Origin: Balanoglossus misakiensis
Lineage: Eukaryota; Animalia; Hemichordata
Reading direction: 5' to 3'
DNA: 64,000 nucleotides
Assembly: GCA_040954595.2 (NCBI GenBank)
Contig: CM082596.2
Location: 5,902,791 to 5,966,790, forward strand
Every line of letters begins with the position of its first letter. Position 1 is the stretch's first letter. Shown one piece after another: positions 24,001-36,000 of the stretch. The translations under genes and the position numbers were made by a program. The notes beneath the pieces were generated by a model. The model was not told the DNA's origin, searched no databases, and saw only the letters and a list, made by a program, of their open reading frames with translations.

Positions 24001-27000
24001 GTGAATGTGTGGGTACATACATTGTGGTCTATTCCTTGCGCATTCCCATGGTTTATAGTTTACTTTTCCTGTTCCGGTACTTCGGAAATTGTCCGGATCT
24101 ATCACTTCCCTATACGGCACTTCCGATTGCATACTGACTAAGTGACCCCTCTGTAACTTAAAGTAGTTTAGCCTGTGGCATGTGAACAAGGGTGGAACGT
24201 ACTACAGAGGTGCAGAAAATAGGGGTTTGCTAGACAGTTTTCCCGTCAGCATTTTAGGTTTGGGAGGTGAAGGGGTTTTAGCCACAGTAGTGGTTTTCCT
24301 TCCTAAGAAAGATTTACTGTACCCGGGAAAATTCTGTTCTGTGTGATATTTGTAGGAATAGCTTTTGTTTAAAACCTCATCATGCTGGAATGTGTTGTCT
24401 CGACTTCAGCTGTTGGTTGTATTTCAAAAAATTGACCCTGACAATGTCAAAAAATATAATGACTTTGAACTTGTGTTCCCATTGGTCAGATAAATATCAG
24501 CTGATTGGTGAAAATCAATGCCATTTTGTATGGGAACTGGCCAGTGCCTCTAACTGAAAATGGACTATTCATTTCTAGTGCCAAGATGAAGAATTAAAAA
24601 CTGGTGGTTTTTGTCTAATCATACACAAATATCTTGATACTAGTGTGAATTTCATGAGCACACGACCCCCACACACCCCACTGAGTCAGAAAAAGATCCC
24701 CTTACTCTGACCCAGTGCCCTCCAACAAAACTGAATCCCAAACAACATGAAAAGCAGCTTTGAACATGATTTCGACCTTGAAAATTCCACTGGTTGCAAT
24801 ACTGTTACCATGAAACCCTTTGACAGATCCATTGTTCTAGCTAGCAGTTGTTTCTTATGGCAACAGACGTGTCACTCATTTAATCATTAACCTGTAACAC
24901 ATTATTCCTCTATCATCAGTCATGATTCAGGTCTAAATTTACAGAGATGTTGCTATCCAAAGTTTTAGGGCAAATGTTTCAGAAATTAATTGTTCTATCC
25001 ACACCTTTGAAATTGATTCACTCCACTCTGTGTATGTGTACCCAGAGATTCATTTTTATGTCTATTTCAAAATGTCAATTTCGATATTATGTCTATTTCT
25101 CAGTGTAGAGTGAATTCAAACAGTGCAAACATCCTATTGTTTTCCACGTAAGCTTACCTGGTAGTTTCTAAATACATCCTATTTTTACAGGAAAAAAGAC
25201 TTATTGGAGTATTCAACATCCGGCAGTAATTAAAATTCACCCTCTTAACGTGATTCACGTTTTGTAGCTTGATCCGAAATTGTAATACTGGAAACTAAAA
25301 CATCCCTAGATTTACATGTAAATGAACACCACATAAGGTTGTAGGCTGACACCACAAAAAGGTTGGGTAATCGGTTACTCAGAGTTGAAAAGGCCGCCGA
25401 GAACGATATAATGACTGCCATAGCCCTAGGTCACGGAACGTATTGTTTAGGTCATTTCCCTGTTTCCCTGAATAAATTAACATGTAATTTACGTATGTAT
25501 AAACAGACAATGAGTCATGTGTAAATAGGATAGGACATGTAATAGGGAGGTGTAACCATACAACACATCAGATCGCTGATTAGGAGATCGGCTATGTGCA
25601 GTTCATAAAATAAGCCTTTCTTGGAAGGGAAACACCGTTATTTTCAGCTGTCTGGGATTAAGGTAGGCAGATATATCTTGACAGTACAGTTGCAAAGCTT
25701 TGGATACTGTTGCAGAGCTTTTGAAGGGTTTCAGTTTAAAAAAATGCAGGAAATGTATTTTTAAGACTTTATGAGATAAGTGAATTGTCTTGGATTTGTA
25801 AGCCTGATAGCATCTCCTTGTAGAGATTTAGCACAGTTGCAAAGATCTCTTCTGGGCTACTTCATTTTTGCAATGCTACTCTGTTATTTATCATATCAAC
25901 CTCTATGATTATACATGTATATTTTTCCGAAGGTGGTACAAAATTATAAGACAGTTGTTTTGATATTTTGTATAATGTTAACCCTAGCTGAAGTTACCAT
26001 CTGGGTTTCATGCAAGGAACTCATGAAATTTGCGTAGTGTAGAATAAAGTTAAAAATGTTTGAAAAAAAAAATTAAATGTGATCCATATTGATCCATCGT
26101 TTCTATTGTTTAGTACACAATGGACCCAAATCATTCATAAAAATACCTTGCTGTTTGAATTTGCATCAAAACAAAACATCTGTTCCATCAAAATATGAAC
26201 TTTAAATTTGACATGCATACCAGTCAAGAGCAGCATATTAGCAATGACCACATCATCATGCAGACTAATTAAAAAACTAATTCTTTTGAGAAAGTCTCAT
26301 GCAAATCTAGAAACACAAAATCAATATTTTTTTGATCGTTGTATCTCAAGTGCCAGTAAAAATCAATAGGGAAACTGGGCATAACAATTGGCGTGTTTTC
26401 CACTCTTAACGATGGGTGAATGTACCACAGATGTGAGCCACTGACGAGATATGCCATATCTAATACACCGAGTTTTCAGTTCATATTCACATTATAAATG
26501 TGAAACCCTAAGCATAGCAAAGCTTTGGGAAATTTGCTGAAATTTTGAGTGCATCAGGAACTTTGTCTTCCAGGTAACGTTCGTAAGTTTTCCGGTATGA
26601 GCATACTTTCCATGTACTTGTGGTGCTCTCCAGTTCCGTTAAACGAAAATGCTAAAATCCATATGGGGAGTGTGTCTCGATAAGTCTATTTTCATCAGAA
26701 CTAAACAACCAGCGAAAGCTTCTAAGTTTCTGGGACACAAACACTGTTCAGTTGCTGTGTTACCACCACCCAGACAGTATCGTCTTTTGGCTGTGTTTAT
26801 CGCAATCATTGCAGTGTCCATCACAGCCAAGAAAAGTCACAATGTCAGTGACCCATGCCATAGCTGTATGAACCGAGGGTTGGCCAGGTCACACTTTCTC
26901 CTTACACACCAATGGAGGTTATGTAAAGGTTGACCATCTGTGGACACAACAGCACTAGCTGGTATAAGAACTCAGATGTTGTTGGCTATTCTTTGTGCTA

Positions 27001-30000
27001 GTTCAAAACGACCTGTACAGAGGTCAGAAACTGTGATGACACCACAACAAAAATAACCGTTACAAGCTGGCTAGCAACCACGCCGGTTTTAAATTTAAAA
27101 ATGGCCAATCAGTCCATTTATGACAGATTTGTACCATGAAGAGTTTCTCCTTGTAGCGGTTACTTATACCCTACATCAGCATATACATGTATGCACAATG
27201 ATCTGTCTTTGGAAAAACTCAATCAAATCCTGCAGCTCTGCACACTGTAGCAGATCAGCTTCAAGTAACCACAACCAAGAAACCTTGTGCAACAGGAAAA
27301 TTGTAAGATGATCAGTACAACAGAAACCAAACAAGTCTGGACTCTTGAAAGCATTTAAACGGAAATTGAAGACTGTGTTCTATTCTGCAGGAGTGGATCA
27401 TTTGAACAGACTTGCAGTGTAATGCATACTTTACTGTGTTATTTTATCTGACATTGTTCATTTGCTGTTGATTCCACATAGGTTATGCTGTAAAATATTC
27501 ACTTTGTGTGCAAATATTGATTTTTATAATATACCTCATGCTAATACTGTGCCGTGATTCGCCAGAATCCGTCACGTGATAGGAAAATAGAATCGACTAT
27601 GAACCAGTAGGGAAATAGCAGAAAAAATATAAACCGGTCACGTGACCAACGTGGTCATGTCAATCAGCGTCGCGTCGTCTGACACAATGGCCACCGCTGA
27701 AGATGTCGTCTGCCAGCCTCAAGAGAAAATTGCAAGATTTTCCCAGCTGTTAGCATGAGGTTTATTATAAAACACCTATAGCCTGGCCTATATTCGGGCC
27801 ATAGCAGCCGTTTTTACCCCCTCGTGACTGTGAGTTACCAGAATCATATGCTATTTCCCTCGGCCTGCGGCCTCGGGAAATAGCATATGATTCTGGTAAC
27901 TCACAGCCCCTCGGGTGTAATAAACGGCCGCTATGGCCCTCATGGCCAGGCAATAGGTGTTCAATACAAGGAAATGCTACAATGACGTTGAAATACGTGT
28001 AGTCGATCAGTGAAACTATTTTACCAGACAATCTAATATCCCAGCTCAAAATTTGATCAACTGTAGTGTTTATACAACCAGTTAGATGTTCATTTGCTAC
28101 GGCAATTCTATCAGAACTAATAAGCCCAAACCATATTGTGCCGTACACCGAATCGTAACCTTTCCATGAAGGACACATTTTCCAACTCTGCGTGACTCTC
28201 GCCACATGCCAGGCAACACATATACAAATGAAATAAATTAGCTACATATTACATTCATGTAGTACTGGTATATTTTGAGTAAGACGTATTAGTCCAGTGA
28301 CTTGCTTTGTCAATAAAAGTTATGTGAAATCAATAAATTAATTAAATTCCAGACTGAATGTCTGATAAACTGATGTACTGGTAAAGACAGAGTCAAAGGT
28401 CTGTGTGCTTTGTTTTGTGCTGTCTGCTGCGTATTTCTTCCTTTAAGTTTATTTTAATCGTCAAAACTAAATTTTCTGGTGTAATTGTGAAAATGAACTT
28501 ACCGGGTATCAAAGCTAATCAGAGTTTTTCTTCTTTCTGTCGCATTTCAGGTTCCAGACCCAACCAATCGAGAGTCCTGAAAAGACACAGAAGAGGGTCA
28601 GTCGGAAATTATCGCAGGACCCCGAAAGACACAAGACGCAGCCAATAACAGTCCAAGAAGTGAGAGCAGCGTCGAGTTTAGAGAGCATGAAACCATCATC
28701 GTCCATATCAGATAGGTAAGCATAGCTATTTAATACACCATTCACCCCTATCCTGTGGTCAGTTCATGAAACCCATTGAGTTGCATGGTAATGTATGAGC
28801 TGTACAAGGTTGCTTTATCCAAGATGTAATCTGTGATCAAATTAATTATTATGGACGGACAGCTATAGATTTTTCAAGGAAAAAGATATAATTTGTTTGG
28901 GGGGGGAACCTTACGAGAGCTGGGGAATACTGTGTCGCACAACAATGTGCAGAAATTCTATTTTACATGTGTGGAGATTTCTATGAGAGTCTTGGCCTCC
29001 TTCATTTATCCTACATGAAGGATTCACAGATGGGCTGAGAAGTAGCATTTCCTATTAACTGTGAGATGAAAATGACTAATATAAAATGGAGTGTTTGAAT
29101 ATATTGCCAAGTGCAGTCATACCAGGAAATCTCATCCATCTCAAAAATAAGCTTACTTCCTTGGCTTACAGATGGAACGGGTTTACTTTGACTGGCCGTT
29201 GAAATGATTTCCGGGAAAAGGGGAATTGATATATGATATGAAACAGCTGTGACAGGTGTAATATGCAGGTGGTCTGCGACTGTTTGGAATTCATGCCATG
29301 TCGTTTTATCATCATTCGAAATGTATAACGTCAGTGGTTAATCAAATACAGTAAATTATGTATAATTTGGATGCAGATATGAAGAACAGCAGTCGTATTA
29401 ATAGACAATCAATTTTCATGGCTATAGTTTATGAATCACATACCGGTATGACAGGTGCTTGTACTTTGTAACCCGCTGGTATCCATCATGCTAAGTGGAT
29501 TGGTCTATTCTGGAAGGGAGGGAGAAAAGGGTTCATTATTTCACTCAAGCAAAAACTTGTGGTACCTGGAAGGCAAAACATAATACATAAGAAACTTTTC
29601 ACGTTTAGTCCCAAGTTAAAAAGGATTTTAACCCAGGTCAGGTCTAGAAATTCAAGTCAGGTCATCTTCCGTCCCACATGCATAACCTCTCTCACCCAAT
29701 AGTAATCCATCATCTTAGTTATGAGATATTTCAATTAGAATAGGAGGTGTTTATTGCCCATTAATGGGAACAGCTTGCTAGATGTACATGAGGCATTGAT
29801 TGAAGCTTCCGATAATTTTGATAATTCCGGAAGTTTTCCAATGACTAAATATAGTGCAAGGATATCCTGGAATTTGTTGAGTCCCTGTCAATACTGAGTC
29901 ACCTCACTGGGAGTCATGTCACACATTTATTATACCCTAGAACCAGCATGGTTTGGTCCAACTCCATTGTTTTCTATGGTAAAGTTGGACCTCTATACTG

Positions 30001-33000
30001 GTAAAGGGAAATGGGGGTGGAAGGGTTAAATGTGATATGTTACTATCAATCCCTGTTGTTGTAACATGATGAAATTTAAGTATAAGTATTAATTTTTATG
30101 CCAAATCTTGTCAAGGGTTAATTATATCATTTTTTAAATTTTTTTTCCTCTCTCTCACTCACACAGGCTTTCAGCTCTGCAGCAGAGCGGAGAAACAGGC
30201 TGGAGAAAGAGAATATCGAAATTTGACGAAGAAACATTCGTAAAAGAAATTGTTGGTCAGAACGGAGAGGATGAAGTCAAACTCCGGGAAAAGGTGGGAA
30301 TGAATTTCTGGCAGAAAATTCCAACATGCACAAACAGATCAAGTACTGGGGCAGATTTAGACATTTTGGATTGCATTGAATTTAAGTGTGTGTTTTTTTC
30401 CAGTTCAACTTGATGTACAACAATTTCCTCTCTGTTTATTTTGTTCCAGTCAAACGGCGGTGGCAATCTGCCCCGCCCGCAGAGCATAGCTGAACGCCTG
30501 CAACAGCTCCAGTCATGTGACGCTCAATGGAAAGGCCGGGTCGAAGGTCACGATGCGGAACAGTACACTGTTGCCGGGAAGATGACCAAGGCTGGCAAGG
30601 ACGTACAATCGAAGCACGCGTCAAGACGGCCAAGGAAATCCAGACCACTCTCTGGCTCTTTCAAATGTATGTGTTCCAGAATTTGACATTTTTACAATAT
30701 TGAGTGGACTACCGTTGTAATCAGAGTATTAGATTATGGAATTAAGGACTTCCGATCAACAGTTTTTAACATAGGCAATGCAGTATGTCACTCAGTTAAT
30801 TAAACCAGAACTACACAAACTGTCTCCATATAACCAAGTGCTGGTGGTTATCTGTGAAATACTAACTACAGTTAATAGCATTTGTAATACATGCAGTTTG
30901 CCTATAGATAGCTTTATGAATATTATGATCACTTCCATTAAACTATTTCTGATTTTTTTCATCAGTACCCACAGACAACAACCATGAATCCAAAGAAAAG
31001 ATGCCATCAGCAAAGCTGGCAGACAAGCAACGCGAAGAAGTGGAAATGAAGATCTATGGCAGCAGCAGCAGCAGCAGCTGTACGACAACGCCCAGCTCGT
31101 CGGACATAACCTCGGAATCGGACATCGAGCCGCAGCCAACCGCGATCGAAATCCTGAAACCGGACAACGAGGACTTTGCTGAATTTTTCAAGAGTACATC
31201 AGTCAGTGTGACTAAAACCCAGACTGTGAAATCAGAAACTAAAGTTGAAGTCAGTGTGTCTGACTTTGACGTGTTGACTGAGGTTGCCAAGCCCCCGCTG
31301 GGTTTGGTCGGCCAGAAGAGGGCGTTAAAGCCTCAGAGGAGGACGAAAGCGTCCAGTAACCCTCTGAGGGCGTTGCAGGCGAGGAGTGATGTGAAGTCGG
31401 AGTATACAGAGATCAGGACGGACGTGGCTGTGAGGGAAGTCAAACGCATGAAGAAGGAACAAAGTGAGTTTCGTCCAGACTCATTATTCTCCACAGACAC
31501 AGATAATTCAGTTATCATTACCAGTGGGCACACTACATACATGTACTGGTCAAAAGATGTCAACTTGAAAATTCAGATAATGTTGAATTTGGCTTATTTA
31601 CAGCTATTTTCTGTATTTCTCCTACAGTTGAAAAAGAATCCACGTTTGCTTCAAGTGCTCTGGCTGGCCTCGCAAGTACGGAAGATTTTAGCAGCGTTTC
31701 ACTCCGAAAGACATCAGAGGCAGCATCTGCAGATGCAGCTTCACAGCTATTACCTTATAAGGAGCTCATGCTTTTACATATCAAAGGTAAGCAAATACGA
31801 GCTGCAACAACGTTCTACCATATAAGGGCAGACTGTGCATTTGTTATCCAATTACAAAGTGTGTGTACTTGCCATATATGGTAAACATCTGAATTTTCAT
31901 GTAAATATGTATTACTTTTTTTTGGGGGGGGGGTGCCATTAACACTGTAGCTGACTCCTTTCAAGTTTGTACGTTTAATAAGTTTAGAATACATTAGTGC
32001 ATTATTGACAGCATAAATAATCTAATGTTATGAAAACTATTTCAGGTCGTCGGAATGTGCAAGTGAGACTAGTTGAACCAACAGCAGCATCACTCAGTAC
32101 TGGTGATTCCTACGTACTGGTCACACCGAAATCTGTCTTCCTTTGGCAGGGTGCATATGCCAACGTCATCGAAAAAGCCAAAGTAAGTTTAACTTTACAG
32201 TGAAATCATACAGCTTAACATTCTGCAGAAAATCTCTCTGTATATTGGCTATTCAAAATCTGCATTGATGCCTCTGTGTTTTTTTCAAGAAATAGAACAA
32301 ATCTAGAGGCTTTATTTTCCTGTTTTATTCACTCTGTTTAGGCTGCTGAAATATCTCAGGTAATTCAGACCAAGCGAGACTTAGGATGCAAGGCTACATC
32401 AGTTTCTATCATCGATGAGGAGAAAGGGGAATTTATGGGCCAGTACAGAATCTGGAAGACATTCTGGCAACTTCTTGGCGGCAGAGAGAAATATAAAGGT
32501 AATGTCTTGCTATATACATCGAAAGTACCGGTATATATTGACTTATCTATGTGTTGTAGTAATATTGATGAAATTGCCTTTTCGATCAATATATACAACT
32601 TATTTCTGATTTTTTTTCATAGATGTAGGCCCGCCTGAAGAAGATGAGAACCACGAATTGTATCTGATGGAAGCCAACATGGTGTACAAAGTTCAGGACG
32701 ACTCTTTAGTTCCCTACGAAGAATACTGGGGTTCACCCCCGAAAGTGGAAATGCTCGATTCATCTCAGGTGAGACTCTAGTCAAGGGTTGCTATTTAACT
32801 GTTATTTGCATTTAACCAATGGTATTGCACCTGCGAGGTCACATGGTCTGCTTGAATGATAGCTGGATGGCCATTGGTTTATTTTACTGTAGACTGGTGG
32901 AGATTATTCTGTGATATTATTAATGAATGTGTTCTACCGGAAAGCATTATAAATGGTTGAAATGATTTACTTACATTGCTGTACATCTTGTCTGCCTATC

Positions 33001-36000
33001 ACAAGTGATATATCTTCGTCACTGGAACAGTTGTATCTGAAAGAGAGATAGAATAATAACAAAGTTAAGTCTATGCCGGAAGTGATCATAGTTAAATTTT
33101 AAATCGGGTATCATAAGTAGCCAGCTGGAGATGTAGGAAGCTTCTACAACAGTAGACAGGCAATCAACAGATTCATGCAAAGTTTTTTGATGAAATCAGT
33201 AAAATGCTGAAAATGAGAAGTAGCTACCCAGCTCCTACACACAGAGTGAAAATAAGCGAATATATATCCCTGCATCACTGAGCGAACATACATGTATCTC
33301 TGATTCTACTCAGGTACTGGTCTTTGACTTTGGAAGTGAACTGTACATCTGGCAGGGCAGACAGTCATCATTACAAGCACGGAAACGCGGCATACAGCTG
33401 GCCAAACAGCTGTGGGCCATTGGATTTGACTACTCCGACTGTGACGTCAATCCTCTCTACCCATTGGACGAAGCTAAACCAAAGAAAGGTCAAAGGCCAA
33501 CGTGGGCATTGTTTGCTAAGGTTAGTACTGGGACCATGATATTCCAATGGCAACTTCAGCAAAATTTAGGAAAATTACTAAACTGGTCATGTTTATATAT
33601 ATTATACGAGGGTTCAGAATAAAAACACACTGAGGTGACAACTAAACATTATTTCCTTCAGGTTAATGAAAGGATGGAAACAGTATTGTTCAGGAATAAA
33701 TTCCAGGACTGGCCAGATGATTCCAGGATTATCAAAGTCAAGTCAGCAGATTCAGAAAAAGAGCAAAAGGTAAGTGGTGATATTTTCAAAGTATCAGTTT
33801 TTCTTGCATCTTTCCAGTTCTTTGGTAGTCACTTGATTGACCAATGATATACAAACTAGAGACTTGAAGAAACATTGTACTTTTGGTAATATTGTAACAA
33901 CAGATAGTCAAATATAGGACCATTAATTATAGTGTTTACACTTGTTATATTTTTTAACAGAGTGAGATCATTGAACTGAAACCGTATGACGCCAAGTCGA
34001 TGGTGGCCCCAAACAAAGAGAAACCTTATTTTGTCTTTGAAGGGGTCAATGTTGGCAGGGGAGTAGGTAAGTCACAACAAAACAAAACCACAAGTCCCTT
34101 TAAAACTGAAGCCTGCCTACCCCTTTAGAGTAGTAAAATCTAATTCATAACCCCATGTAAGGAACATTCCATTCAGTAATTTAGGGAGTATAGGTAGCTT
34201 CAAGGTGTGTGCATGGGCACAACTCTCAGTGAATTGCCTTGAACTTTTTTCCCCTCTCCCTGTCTTCCGTAACCTGTTTAAACTTTTCCCCCTGTGTGCC
34301 ATGCTGATTCCTTACTTATTTTCCCAATTAACAAAATACTTTTAGCAATCTGACTTTCATTAAAAAAAACTAGGAATACTGAACATGAGAAATGCCCCCC
34401 CCCCCAAAAAAAAAAAAAAAAAAAAAAAAAAATAATAATAGTAATACCAACACTTTATATCATGACTGATATTACCTTAAAACCACAACTCAGGCTTTCA
34501 TTTCATTTTCCCATTCTTCAACAATATAAAATTAAAGTGATCTATAAAAATCCTGTGAAAAACACTTAGTAAAATTAGACAAGCTCTTAATCTATCTCAT
34601 TGGCATATTAAAAGACTTCTCAATATGTTATTTTCTTCAATTTGCAAAAGAAAACGTCATTTCAAAAACACCATATGCTCAGAACTACCGACCAAAAAAT
34701 ACCCTTATTTAGTGTGATTTGACCTGTGACCCGACTAATGCGTGATGGAGTGCATGATTTGACACGATTGGACCGTGTAAAATGATTGACATACTAACTG
34801 TTGTTTACATCATCACTTTTCCCTGCATGGTATGGCTGCCTGTCTTGTAGGCTTGGACAGTAACGAGAGAAAGGAGAAACAAATTGCAGGTGAAATACTT
34901 ACTCCACCAAAAAGATATCTTTCACCTTCTCACTGCTGCCTGCCAAAATTTTTCACCAAAAATTTAGAACTTTTCAAAACTTTTTTGTGATCCTTTGTAG
35001 CGATTTCAATAAAGTCGTGATTTTCAAAAGTTTTGGGTGAATTTGAAATAATTATTCTTCAAAAATGAACAATTTTGGTGGGAAACTGTGAGAGGGAGTA
35101 AAGGTCTGATTTAACTCTCTACTTTCTCTTTTCTGTTTCTAAAATTTCTAATTTCTGTTTTATAGATAGTTTCTAGCTTTTCTTGTCTTTATAAATATTA
35201 TTATTATAATTTTATGTTTTCTTGTAGCCAGGGTTTTTTTTTATTTATTTATTTTTATTTGTAATGTATATTTTCCAGAAAAAAATGTTTACTTTGATCT
35301 TGTGATTATTTTCCGTACAATGTAATATTTAATCATTTTAAGTTAAAAAACCTATTCTTGTGGATGAAAATTATAATTATAATCACATTAATCATGGTAA
35401 TGGTTATATTCAGGCATCTCTTTTTCATCTTGATGGTGTGACTTGATTGGACAATATTAAAACACATCTGGCATTTGTAACCAATCATTTCAAATGGCCA
35501 AAAGATGATTATGTGCAGCTGAATTTAGGTGTACTTTCATCATCTTCCACTCTGTATGATTTTCTGAGCTTGTTTATTTCCATTTAATGTGACTTGGAGT
35601 GTGTACATTTTCGTTCCGCAGGCTACTATGACAAGATCGAGAAGCGTGGAAACGTGATCACGACGTTGTCAGTGGTGACGTGGCACGTGCTGGAGTACGA
35701 GCACAGTATTGTGCCCAAGGAGAGCTTTGGTCAGCTTCATGAGGGAGACACCTACGTAGTCAGGTGGCAATTCCGAGTTGAAGCTGCAGGTAAGTTGATG
35801 CAGAGTTGTCATGGTAGCTGCTTGCTGCCATGACATCTGTCACTAAGGATACCTCTTGTTTTTATTTACTCCTTGTTCATTATCTACAATTTTGATCCTA
35901 CAACGTACAATTTTGTCTCATATGTTTTCATCTTATTTTGACAGCTATGAAAGACCTGAAGGGAAACATATCCAAACGAGCTGTCGGTCACGGAAAGGAG

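Noticed and set aside
27765-28205. 146-aa minus-strand ORF
   Set aside because: Runs through the palindromic repeat; no protein-like features.
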